Assembly (NCBI GenBank): GCA_032119475.1
Contig: JAUMCA010000126.1
Span: forward strand, 1 to 41,827
Length of the DNA: 41,827 nucleotides
DNA from: Thermoleophilia bacterium
GTDB taxonomy: Bacteria > Actinomycetota > Thermoleophilia > Gaiellales > F1-60-MAGs149
Reading direction: 5' to 3'
In this document: one piece after another, positions 1-7,885 of the stretch
Numbering within the stretch: position 1 is the stretch's first letter
Layout of the letters: each line of letters starts with the position of its first letter
Notes under the pieces: model-generated
Told to the model about the DNA's origin: nothing
Seen by the model: the letters and a program-made list of their open reading frames with translations, nothing else
Database searches by the model: none
Position numbers and translations under genes: made by a program

Positions 1-16
1 CGCCCCTCCCCGGCCG

Positions 17-373
17 TCAGGCGCGTACGAGCACTCGGCCGTCCTCGACCCGCACGGGGTAGACGGCGACGCGGAGGCCCTCGTCCTCGGGGCAGACGCC
101 GGTCCCGGCGTCGAACTCCCAGCCGTGCCACGGGCAGACGACGACGGTGCGGTCGACGAGCGCGTAGCGGCCGCCCGGCTCGCCCTCGACCCGCTGCTCG
201 ACGGTGCCGAGGCAGAGGCGCGCACCGGAGTGCGGGCAGCGGTTGCGGATCGCGATCAGGTCGCGGGTGCGTGGATCGCGCATGACGCCGATCTCGCGAC
301 CGCCGATGCGGGCGATCGCCGGTGCCCCCGGCTCGATGTCCGCCTCCGCGCCGACGTCGTGCCAGTCGCTCAT
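17..373 (-). CDS. Rieske [2Fe-2S] domain protein (small, ferredoxin-like)
   Basis: This is the 118-aa C-terminal part of ORF 17..1483(-), starting at ATG 371-373 (MSDWHDV...). Both Rieske cluster boxes are present (CPHSGARL and CPWHGWEF). The upstream part of the long ORF is Arg/Pro-rich and overlaps the better amidohydrolase frame. Confidence 0.85.
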   Translation of the reverse strand: MSDWHDVGAEADIEPGAPAIARIGGREIGVMRDPRTRDLIAIRNRCPHSGARLCLGTVEQRVEGEPGGRYALVDRTVVVCPWHGWEFDAGTGVCPEDEGLRVAVYPVRVEDGRVLVRA

Positions 374-1449
374 CGCGTCACCGGGACGTCCAGACGGCTC
401 CCGTAGAAGGCGACCGCGTTGTCGTGCATCACGCCCTGGCGCCACGCCTCGGGCAGGCGGTTCGCCAGCCAGCGCGGCTCGTCTCCGTCCCAGTGGGGGT
501 AGTCCGACGCGTAGCAGAGGATGTCGGGTGCGCCGACGGCGGCGAGCATCTGCCACAGCAGCTCGTCGTGGCCGTCGGTGTGCTCGAGCGGCTGGGTGGC
601 GAAGCGGACGTGGCGACGCACGGTCTCGATCGGCGGCTCGTCCATCCACGGCGTGTCGTCGCGCAGACCGCGCCAGTTCGTGTCGTGGCGCCACAGCATC
701 CCCGGCAGCCAGGCGACGCCGCCCTCGATCAGCAGCACCCGCAGGTCGGGCAGGCGGCGGAAGGTCCCGTGCGTGAGCAGGGACATCAGGTGGCCCATGA
801 TCGAGCAGGCCGAGCCGATCGTGTGCCACTCGATGTAGAAGGTCGGCACCCCGGCGCCGCTCGGCTGGTGCGCGAGGCCCATGCCCTCCATGCCCGAGTG
901 CACCGCGACCGCCAGCCCGTGGGCGGAGGCGGCCTCGAGGATCGGCAGGTAGCGCGGATCGCCGTACGGTCGCTCGCTGCCGCCGGACAGCAGGACCTGC
1001 ACGAACTGCCGGTGCGGGGCGCAGCGCTCGATCTCGCGGACCGCGGCGGCCGGGTCCTGCGTGGGGACGACGATGGAGCCGCGGAAGCGGGCGTCCTGCG
1101 GGAACCAGTCCTCGCGCAGCCAGTCGTTGTGGGCGCGGGCGAGGGCGGCCGCGCGGTAGGCGTTCTCCATCAGGCCGACGCTGAGCGCGTCGTCGGCGGT
1201 CAGGATGCCGATGTCGGCGCCCTGGTCGTCGAGCACCTCCCGGGCCACCGTGGCGGCGTTGCCGCCGGGCATGCCGGAGTCGTCGGTCGCGAGATCCGTG
1301 CGGAACCAGGTCGACGGGTTCGACCACGGGTAGCCGGGCAGGCCGAGCAGGTAGGACTGGTTGCGGTACCACTCGCGCTCGGACGCGTCGATGTACTGGA
1401 GGATCTCCTCCGGCTGCGCGATCTGGACGTGGACGTCGCAGTCGATCAC
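370..1449 (-). CDS. amidohydrolase_2 family metal-dependent hydrolase/decarboxylase (ACMSD-like)
   Basis: From ORF 370..1524(-). I place the start at GTG 1447-1449 (VIDCDVHV...), just downstream of a GAGGGGG SD. It has an N-terminal metal box IDCDVHV and a C-terminal ASDYPHWD, as in the TIM-barrel amidohydrolase_2 family. The TGA stop overlaps the Rieske ATG (ATGA at 370-373). Confidence 0.8.
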   Translation of the reverse strand: MIDCDVHVQIAQPEEILQYIDASEREWYRNQSYLLGLPGYPWSNPSTWFRTDLATDDSGMPGGNAATVAREVLDDQGADIGILTADDALSVGLMENAYRAAALARAHNDWLREDWFPQDARFRGSIVVPTQDPAAAVREIERCAPHRQFVQVLLSGGSERPYGDPRYLPILEAASAHGLAVAVHSGMEGMGLAHQPSGAGVPTFYIEWHTIGSACSIMGHLMSLLTHGTFRRLPDLRVLLIEGGVAWLPGMLWRHDTNWRGLRDDTPWMDEPPIETVRRHVRFATQPLEHTDGHDELLWQMLAAVGAPDILCYASDYPHWDGDEPRWLANRLPEAWRQGVMHDNAVAFYGSRLDVPVTR

Positions 1450-1492
1450 TCGTGCCCCCTCGCTCCCGTGAAGGTCCCAGCATAGCCGGTTT

Positions 1493-1508
1493 CTGAACGT
1501 ACGTTCAG
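1493..1508 (-). promoter_or_regulatory. putative operator: perfect 16-bp palindrome CTGAACGTACGTTCAG
   Basis: A perfect palindrome read directly from the sequence, 44 nt upstream of the amidohydrolase start. A TATGCT -10-like hexamer (minus strand, 1479-1484) lies just downstream, so the palindrome covers the -35 zone. Half-sites are GAAC/GTTC. Confidence 0.4.
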
Positions 1509-1540
1509 GCTTGGCGGCCGCCACGCGGCCACGCGGCGTG

Positions 1541-1571
1541 CGGGTCCCGGCGGCGTCGCCGCCGGGACCCG
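1541..1571 (-). terminator. GC-rich hairpin after the PLDc_N/SHOCT gene
   Basis: A 14-bp perfect stem (CGGGTCCCGGCGGC / GCCGCCGGGACCCG) with a 3-nt loop, 5 nt beyond the stop at 1577-1579. There is no U-tract, as is common in high-GC genomes. Confidence 0.45.
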
Positions 1572-1576
1572 GCCGA

Positions 1577-1957
1577 TCAGGACAGGGCCTTCTTCTTCAG
1601 CGCCTCGAACTCCTCCGGGGTGATGGCACCCGAGTCGAGGAGCTGCTTCGCCTTCTCGATCTGCGCCGCGGAGCCGCCGGCCACGTCCTTGACGTGGTCG
1701 TCGAAGTCCTTCTGCGCGGCCTGCACGGCGGCCATGCGCCGTTCCGCCATGTTGTGGCTGTTGACGATCAGGTAGATCAGCACGCCGAACAGGGGCGCCA
1801 GGATCAGGAAGATGATCCAGATCGCCTTCTTGCCGCCCGAGCAGTCCTTCCGGCTGAACAGATCACCGAAGACCATGATCAGCAGCCAGAACCAGATGAC
1901 GAAGCCGAAGATCAGCAGCATCGTCCAGAGCAGGTGCAAGAGCGGGTAGTCGTCCAT
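1577..1957 (-). CDS. small membrane protein with PLDc_N-type N-terminal TM module and C-terminal SHOCT motif
   Basis: From ORF 1577..2002(-). The start is placed at internal ATG 1955-1957 (MDDYPLL...), 4 nt after GGAGG. It has two hydrophobic helices (LLHLLWTMLLIFGFVIWFWLLIMVF and AIWIIFLILAPLFGVLIYLIV). The C-terminal LLDSGAITPEEFEALKKKAL is SHOCT-like. Confidence 0.8.
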   Translation of the reverse strand: MDDYPLLHLLWTMLLIFGFVIWFWLLIMVFGDLFSRKDCSGGKKAIWIIFLILAPLFGVLIYLIVNSHNMAERRMAAVQAAQKDFDDHVKDVAGGSAAQIEKAKQLLDSGAITPEEFEALKKKALS

Positions 1958-2079
1958 GGAACCTCCGTCGTTTGACGCACCCGAGTGTACGGGGCGTGAC
2001 ACCCCACCGCGTGGGTGGGTGCACTTGACGCGACAGCTGTTCCGCGGGATCGTCCCGCTCAGGCGACGAGGAGGAATCC

Positions 2080-2505
2080 ATGTTCGACGCGACGACGGCG
2101 GAGCGGCTGACCACTGACGGCGACTGGTTCGCGCCGTACTACATCTCGCTCGGCTACCGCCTCGGAAACGTGCTCGTGCTGTCGGGGCAGGCGTCGATCT
2201 CGGAGCAGGGCGAGATCGTCGGGGCCGGGGACTTCGACGCCCAGGCCGCGCAGACGTTCGCGAACCTCGAACGGGTGCTCGCCCTCGGCGGTTGCGGGCT
2301 CCAGGACATCTTCAAGGTGACGATCTACCTCACCGATATGGGGAACTTCCCCAAGATCATGGAGCTCCGGCAGCGGCACTTCACGCCGCCCTATCCGGCG
2401 GACACCATCGTCGAGGTGCGGTCGCTCGCGCTGCCGGAGCTGATGATCGAGATCGACGCCATGGCGCTCGTGCCGACGGACGGCGTGCGCGGCGTGCGCG
2501 GCTAG
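2080..2505 (+). CDS. RidA/YjgF/endoribonuclease L-PSP family protein
   Basis: A 141-aa ORF with ATG preceded by AGGAGGA. Typical RidA blocks are present (VLVLSGQ, QAAQTFANLERVL, KVTIYLTDM, PADTIVEV, IEIDAMA). Confidence 0.9.
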   Translation: MFDATTAERLTTDGDWFAPYYISLGYRLGNVLVLSGQASISEQGEIVGAGDFDAQAAQTFANLERVLALGGCGLQDIFKVTIYLTDMGNFPKIMELRQRHFTPPYPADTIVEVRSLALPELMIEIDAMALVPTDGVRGVRG

Positions 2506-2519
2506 CGGCCCGCCGCCGG

Positions 2520-3782
2520 TCAGCCGTGCGTCGGCAGGGGGAGCTCGCCGACCCGCGGCAGCTCGAGGCGCTCCCAGACGTCCACGAGCCCGGCGAGCAG
2601 CGCGCGCTCGTCGTCGTCGGTGTGGAGCGGGCTGGTCGTGATGCGAAACCGCTCGGTGCCCCTGGGGACCGTCGGGTAGTCGATCGGCTGGACGTAGATG
2701 GCGTGCTCGTCGAGCAGGAGGCGCGCTGCCTCCCGTGCGCGCAGTGGATCGCCGAGGATGACGGGGATCAGGTGGCTCTCGGTGTGGAGGGTCGGGATGC
2801 CCTCGGCCTCGATGGCCGCGCGGACGTCGGCGACGCGGCGGTGGAGCTCGATCCGCTCCGTGTCCGTGGCGCGCAGGTGCCGGATGCTGGCGTGCGCCGC
2901 CGCGACCACGACCGGGGCCGGGGAGGTGGTGAAGATGAAGCCGGATCCGTACGAGCGGACGAGGTCGACCAGGCGCTCGGAGCCGGCGATGTAGCCGCCC
3001 TGCGCCCCCACCGCCTTGCCGAGCGTGCCCTGCAGGATGTCGACCTCCGACTCGAGGCCCTCGCGGGCGACGATGCCGGCGCCCTCGGGGCCGTACATGC
3101 CGACCGCGTGCACCTCGTCGACGTAGACGAGGCCGTCGTTGGTCCGGGCCACGTCGGCGAGGTCGGCGATCGGGGCGATGTCGCCGCTCATCGAGTAGAC
3201 GCTCTCGAAGGCGACGACCCGCGGGCGTGCGGCCTCCTCGGCGCGCATCAGCGCGGCCAGGTGGTCGGCGTCGTCGTGCTGGAAGACGCGGACCGTCGCA
3301 CCGCTGCGGCGCATGCCCTCGATCATCGAGTTGTGGTTGCCGGCGTCGGAGAAGATGACGCAGTCGGGCAGCGCGCTGCCGAGGACGGCGAGCGCCGTCC
3401 AGTTGGCCACCCAGCCGGACGAGAAGAGCAGCGCGGCCTCCTTGCGGTGCCACGTCGCGAGCTCGCGCTCGAGCGCCACGTGCAGCGACGTCGTGCCGGA
3501 GATGTTGCGCGTGCCGCCGCTGCCCGCACCGCGTGCGGCCGCCGTCTCGATCACCGCGGCCGTGACGTCGGGATGCGCCGCCATGCCGAGGTAGTCGTTC
3601 GAGCACCAGACCGTGACGTCGCGCAGCGTCCCGTCCTTCGCGTGCAGCACCGCGCGCGCCGTGCCCGCGACCCGTTCGATCTCCGCGAATTCGCGGTAGC
3701 GGCCCTCGACGCGCAGGCGGTCGAGCGCATCGTCGACGATGCCCGCGTAGTCCACGCCCGGCACTCTACCGGCACTCGCCAT
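2520..3782 (-). CDS. hemA: 5-aminolevulinate synthase (alpha-oxoamine synthase family, PLP-dependent)
   Basis: This is the 420-aa C-terminal part of ORF 2520..4526(-), starting at ATG 3780-3782 (MASAGRV...). It carries blocks I recognise from Rhodobacter-type ALAS rather than KBL/BioF: EGRYREF..IER, VWCSNDYLGM, GAGSGGTRNISGT, VAFESVYSMSGD, YVDEVHAVGMYGP, the PLP-lysine box GTLGKA, and IYVQPIDYPTVPRGTERFRIT. Confidence 0.9.
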   Translation of the reverse strand: MASAGRVPGVDYAGIVDDALDRLRVEGRYREFAEIERVAGTARAVLHAKDGTLRDVTVWCSNDYLGMAAHPDVTAAVIETAAARGAGSGGTRNISGTTSLHVALERELATWHRKEAALLFSSGWVANWTALAVLGSALPDCVIFSDAGNHNSMIEGMRRSGATVRVFQHDDADHLAALMRAEEAARPRVVAFESVYSMSGDIAPIADLADVARTNDGLVYVDEVHAVGMYGPEGAGIVAREGLESEVDILQGTLGKAVGAQGGYIAGSERLVDLVRSYGSGFIFTTSPAPVVVAAAHASIRHLRATDTERIELHRRVADVRAAIEAEGIPTLHTESHLIPVILGDPLRAREAARLLLDEHAIYVQPIDYPTVPRGTERFRITTSPLHTDDDERALLAGLVDVWERLELPRVGELPLPTHG

Positions 3783-3790
3783 ACGGGGGT

Positions 3791-4642
3791 CTACCCGGTG
3801 GCGAACGTCGCCAGCGCGGTCCAGCCGCCGGCCCGCGTCGTGGCGAGGTCGTAGAGGCTGAATCCCGTCGCGCCCGCGTCGAGCGATGCGCGTGCCGCCG
3901 CGTCGAGCTGGGCCGCGGACAGCCGGTTCGCGACGCCGGTGATCACGTGCACCTCGACGTCCGGATCGCCCGTGGCGGTGCGCAGGCGCTCGACGCACCC
4001 GGTCGTGTCGCGGTACACCCGCTCCGCGCTGTGCCGGCGCGACGGGTAGCACATGGGCATGAACGCGTCGGCGGCGTCGTGCAGCTCGACGTAGGGGAAC
4101 ACGGGCCAGTACATGGACACGGGGGAGGGGATGATCGCCGCCAGCGGCACCTTCGGGTTCGCCGTGCGCGCCCAGGCCGCGAGCTCCGCCGCGCGCCGGG
4201 CGCGCAGCTTCGGGTTCCGCACGATCGTCGCCTCGATGTCGATGGCGAGCCCGTCGACCGCCTCGCCGCCGCCGATGCGCAGCGCCGCCGCGAGGCGGGC
4301 GCGGTCCTGTGCCGGGTTGCGAAAGCCGGGCAGGTACCACGGGATGACGCGCAGGCCGCTCTGGTGCGCGAGCGCGACGAGGCGCCTCAGCGCCGCGGGG
4401 TCCTGGACGGCGGTCCGCGACTTCCAGTTCGCGGTCTCGACGTAGATCGCGGGCACGCCCCGCTCGAGCGCGATCGCGACGACGCGCTCGGGCGCGCGCC
4501 GCTGCGCGTCCCAGATGTCCACCCACAGGCCGGTGCCCGAGAAGACGGCGGCGCGCGTCGGCTCCGCGGACGCGGCGGGGGCCGCGACGAGCGACGCGGC
4601 GGCGAGGGCGAGGAGCAGTGCGAGGCGGCGCACGACGCCCAT
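3791..4642 (-). CDS. secreted hypothetical protein, possibly glycoside-hydrolase-like TIM barrel
   Basis: A 283-aa ORF with a clear signal peptide (MGVVRRLALLLALAAASLVAAPAASA) and an alternating beta/alpha pattern. The functional guess is weak. It ends 8 nt before the ALAS start, so the two are probably co-transcribed. Confidence 0.6.
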   Translation of the reverse strand: MGVVRRLALLLALAAASLVAAPAASAEPTRAAVFSGTGLWVDIWDAQRRAPERVVAIALERGVPAIYVETANWKSRTAVQDPAALRRLVALAHQSGLRVIPWYLPGFRNPAQDRARLAAALRIGGGEAVDGLAIDIEATIVRNPKLRARRAAELAAWARTANPKVPLAAIIPSPVSMYWPVFPYVELHDAADAFMPMCYPSRRHSAERVYRDTTGCVERLRTATGDPDVEVHVITGVANRLSAAQLDAAARASLDAGATGFSLYDLATTRAGGWTALATFATG

Positions 4643-4755
4643 CCTACGGCCGCCCCGCTCGCGGTCGTCACAAGGCTAACGCTCGGTAGCCGAAACGGCG
4701 AACGCGTGGTAGCCTCACCGGGCGCGGATCCGCGCCGGGAGGAGAGGGGGTCGGC

Positions 4756-7218
4756 GTGGCCGAGCGGCTCATGGAGAAGGGCATCACGGCGGCCCCGTTC
4801 GCCGGGGGCGACACCGTTCCGGAGCGCGCGCGCATCGTGGTGGTCGGCGGTGGCATGGCGGGCATGTCGATCGCGCTGGGCCTCGCCGAGGCCGGCGAGC
4901 GCGACGTCGTCGTGCTCGAGCGCCGCAGCATCGCGAGCGGCACCACGTGGCACGCGGCGGGCCTCGTCGTCCGGGCGCGCGGCACCCACGCGCTGACCGG
5001 CCTCGCGGACCGGAGCGTCGCGATCTACAGCGGCCTCGAGGAGCGCACGGGCGTCGAGGTCCACTTCAACCGCTGCGGGTCGCTGACGCTCGCCACCCAC
5101 GCCGGCCGCTGGGACGAGCTGCGCTACGCCGCCGGCGTCGCGCGCCACCACGGCATCCCGGTCGAGGAGGTCGGCCCGGCGGACGTCGAGCGCCTCTGGC
5201 CGCTCGCGACGGGCACCGGCGTGGTCGGGGCGCTCCACCAGCCGACCGACGGGCACCTGAATCCCGGCATGGCCTGCCTCGCCCTGGCCAAGGCCGCGCA
5301 CGACGCGGGCGTCCGCATCGTGGAGGGCGCCGTCGTCACGGCGATCGAGCGCGACGGCGGCGGGGTGACCGGCGTGGTCACGGCGCAGGGGCGCGTCGCC
5401 TGCGAGCACGCGGTCCTCGCCTGCGGCCTGTGGACGCGGGATCTCGCCGCGTCGGCGGGGGCGACCGTGCCGCTGTACGCGGCGGAGCACGTGCACGTCT
5501 CGACGGCTCCGATCGACGGCGCGGCGGACACGCTCCCCGTCCTGCGCCAGCCGGACGGCTACTTCTACGCGCGCCACAACGGCGGCGGATTGATGGTCGG
5601 CGCCTTCGAGCCCGACGGCGTCCCGCGCAGCGTGGACTCGCTCGGCCCGGGCTTCGCGTTCGGCGAGTTCGAGGCGGACTGGGACCACTTCGCCCCGGTG
5701 CGCGCGTTCGCCACCGAGCGCATCCCCGCGCTGGCCGGCGCGGACTTCAACCGCTTCCTCAACGCGCCGGAGTCGTTCACGCCCGACGCCAACTTCTGCC
5801 TCGGGGAGACGAACGAGGTCGACCGCCTGTGGGTCGCGGCCGGCTTCAACTCGCAGGGCGTCATCTACTCGCCGGCCGCGGGCGAGGCACTCGCCGCATG
5901 GCTGGTCGAGGGTGCGCCGCAGCACGACGTCAGCGAGGTCGACGTGCGGCGCTTCGCGCGCGAGCAGGCCAACCGCCGGTACCTGCACGCCCGCACGTAC
6001 GAGGGGCTGGGCCGCCTCTACGCCATGCACTGGCCCGGGCTCGAGATGCAGACGGCGCGCGACGTCCGCCGCGGGTCGCTGTGGGAGCGCCTGCGCGATC
6101 GCAACGCGTGCTTCGGCGAGGCCAACGGCTGGGAGCGGGCGATGTGGTTCGCGCCCCCGGGCGTCGAACCCCGGACGGAGTACTCGTTCCAGCGGCCGAA
6201 TTGGTTCCCGCACGTGCGGGAGGAGCACATGGCTGCGCGCGAGACGGCCGCCCTGTTCGACCTGTCGTCGTTCGCGAAGCTCGACGTCGCCGGCCCCGAC
6301 GCCCTCGCCGTGGTCCAGGAGCTGTGCACGCGGGACTGCGACATCGCGGTCGGGCGCGTCACGTACACGCTGATGCTCAACGCCGGGGGCGGCATCGAGG
6401 TCGACGGCACCGTCGTCCGCCTCGCCGACGACCGCTTCCGCGTGATCACGCCGACCGTCGCGCACGCGAAGACGCTCGGCCTGCTCGCGCGCGGCTGCCG
6501 GGGCCGGGCCGCTGCGGTGTTCGACGCCACGTCCGCCCACGCGACGCTCGCCCTGATGGGCCCGGCGAGCCGGGACATCCTGCAGGCGATCTCCCCCGAC
6601 GACCTGTCTGCGGACGCCTTTCGCTTCGGCACCGCGCGGGAGCTCGAGGTCGGCACCGGCTACGCGCTCGCACTGCGGGTCAGCTTCGTCGGCGAGCTCG
6701 GCTACGAGCTGTACCCGACGGTCGACCAGGCGCCCGCGCTGTTCGACGCGCTGCTCGAGGCCGGAGCGGCGCACGGCCTGCGGCTGGCCGGCTACCACGC
6801 GCTCAACGCGCTGCGCTGCGAGAAGGGCTTCCGCCACCTCTGGCACGACATCGGCGTCGCCGACGATCCGCATCAGGCGAGCATGGAGTGGCTCCTGTCG
6901 CCGGGATCCGGCTACCGCGGCGAGGCCGCGATGGCCGGCCGCGGGACGCCGGACCGCCGCCTGCGGCTGATCCGCCTCGACGAGCCGGAGCCGATGCTGC
7001 TGCACGGCGAGACCGTCTTCCGCGACGGCGCGGCCGTCGGCTTCGTCACGAGCGGCGGCTACGGCCACGCGATCGGCGCCGCCTGCGGCCTGGCGATGCT
7101 GGTCGCCGACGCGCCGATCGGCGACGGGTACACCGTCGACGCGGGCGGCACGCCCGCCGCGGCGACCGTGGCCGATGACCCCTGGTACGACCCGTCCGCG
7201 GCGCGCATGCGCGCCTGA
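4756..7218 (+). CDS. FAD-dependent oxidoreductase fused to GcvT-type aminomethyltransferase (dimethylglycine/sarcosine dehydrogenase family)
   Basis: An 820-aa ORF with a GTG start after GGGAGGAGAGGGGG (alternative ATG at 4771). It has an N-terminal GxGxxG box (VVVGGGMAGMS) and a DAO-like domain. The C-terminal ~400 aa is GcvT-like (LFDLSSFAKLDV, VTYTLMLN, GELGYELY, ALRCEKG). Confidence 0.9.
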   Translation: MAERLMEKGITAAPFAGGDTVPERARIVVVGGGMAGMSIALGLAEAGERDVVVLERRSIASGTTWHAAGLVVRARGTHALTGLADRSVAIYSGLEERTGVEVHFNRCGSLTLATHAGRWDELRYAAGVARHHGIPVEEVGPADVERLWPLATGTGVVGALHQPTDGHLNPGMACLALAKAAHDAGVRIVEGAVVTAIERDGGGVTGVVTAQGRVACEHAVLACGLWTRDLAASAGATVPLYAAEHVHVSTAPIDGAADTLPVLRQPDGYFYARHNGGGLMVGAFEPDGVPRSVDSLGPGFAFGEFEADWDHFAPVRAFATERIPALAGADFNRFLNAPESFTPDANFCLGETNEVDRLWVAAGFNSQGVIYSPAAGEALAAWLVEGAPQHDVSEVDVRRFAREQANRRYLHARTYEGLGRLYAMHWPGLEMQTARDVRRGSLWERLRDRNACFGEANGWERAMWFAPPGVEPRTEYSFQRPNWFPHVREEHMAARETAALFDLSSFAKLDVAGPDALAVVQELCTRDCDIAVGRVTYTLMLNAGGGIEVDGTVVRLADDRFRVITPTVAHAKTLGLLARGCRGRAAAVFDATSAHATLALMGPASRDILQAISPDDLSADAFRFGTARELEVGTGYALALRVSFVGELGYELYPTVDQAPALFDALLEAGAAHGLRLAGYHALNALRCEKGFRHLWHDIGVADDPHQASMEWLLSPGSGYRGEAAMAGRGTPDRRLRLIRLDEPEPMLLHGETVFRDGAAVGFVTSGGYGHAIGAACGLAMLVADAPIGDGYTVDAGGTPAAATVADDPWYDPSAARMRA

Positions 7219-7240
7219 TCCTCCCGAGGAGCACACGAGA

Positions 7241-7885
7241 ATGAGCATCACCCCCTACGAGGCCCTGCACTGGCACCTCCATCCCGGCCGCACCGCGCTC
7301 GTCGTGATCGATCCGCAGAACGACTTCCTCCACCCGGACGGCTGGTACGCGCAGCAGGGCGTCGACATCACCCATATGCAGCGGTCGATCGAACCCACCC
7401 GGCGCCTCGTCGAGGCCTGCCACGCGGCCGACGTCCCGGTCATCTGGACGCGCCACGGCTCGCACGACACCCGTGACGCCGGCACGTTCCACGAACTGCG
7501 CCCGTTCCTGCGCGACGGCGGGCTCCGCATCGGCACGTGGGGCTACGAGATCCTCGACGGGCTCGACTACCGCGAGGGCGACTGGATCGTCGAGAAGCAG
7601 CGCCTCAGCGCCTTCTTCCAGACGAACCTGGAGATCGTGCTGCGCGGGTTGAACGCGGACACGGTGCTGATCTGCGGCGTCCTCACGAACCAGTGCGTCG
7701 CCGCGACGTCGAAGGACGCGACGTTCCGCGACTTCCGCCCGATCGTCGTGGAGGACGCGACCGGCACGACCTTCCCGCACCTGCACGAGCCGGCGATCGA
7801 GATGATGCGCGTGGGCTGGGCGCAGGTGAACGCGCTGGATGCGACGCTCGCCGAACTGGCCGCGCTGCCGGCGGCCGTCCGATGA
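7241..7885 (+). CDS. isochorismatase-family cysteine hydrolase
   Basis: ATG at 7241 follows GAGGAG, inside ORF 7175..7885. Family blocks are ALVVIDPQNDF, EKQRLSAFF, and ICGVLTNQCV with the catalytic Cys. Confidence 0.85.
   Translation: MSITPYEALHWHLHPGRTALVVIDPQNDFLHPDGWYAQQGVDITHMQRSIEPTRRLVEACHAADVPVIWTRHGSHDTRDAGTFHELRPFLRDGGLRIGTWGYEILDGLDYREGDWIVEKQRLSAFFQTNLEIVLRGLNADTVLICGVLTNQCVAATSKDATFRDFRPIVVEDATGTTFPHLHEPAIEMMRVGWAQVNALDATLAELAALPAAVR

Noticed and set aside
4643-4755. Possible glycine or THF riboswitch upstream of the sarcosine/dimethylglycine dehydrogenase-like gene.
   Set aside because: I could not find the conserved glycine-aptamer cores (GGAGAG...ACCGAAGGGGCAA-type) or two tandem aptamers. 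The GGGAGGAGAG run is simply the RBS. Only the short palindrome at 4721-4736 is reported.
4387-7251. A 954-aa ORF antisense to the FAD-GcvT gene. Similar giant ORFs occur at 2059..3606(-), 10310..14170(-), 12166..14145(+), 28236..29447(+, the part upstream of the amine oxidase), 31090..33342(+), 34212..36653(+) and 38155..39876(+).
   Set aside because: Their translations are Arg/Ala/Pro/Gly-rich low-complexity strings with no recognisable motifs. Each overlaps a frame with strong family signatures. Long spurious ORFs are expected at this GC content.
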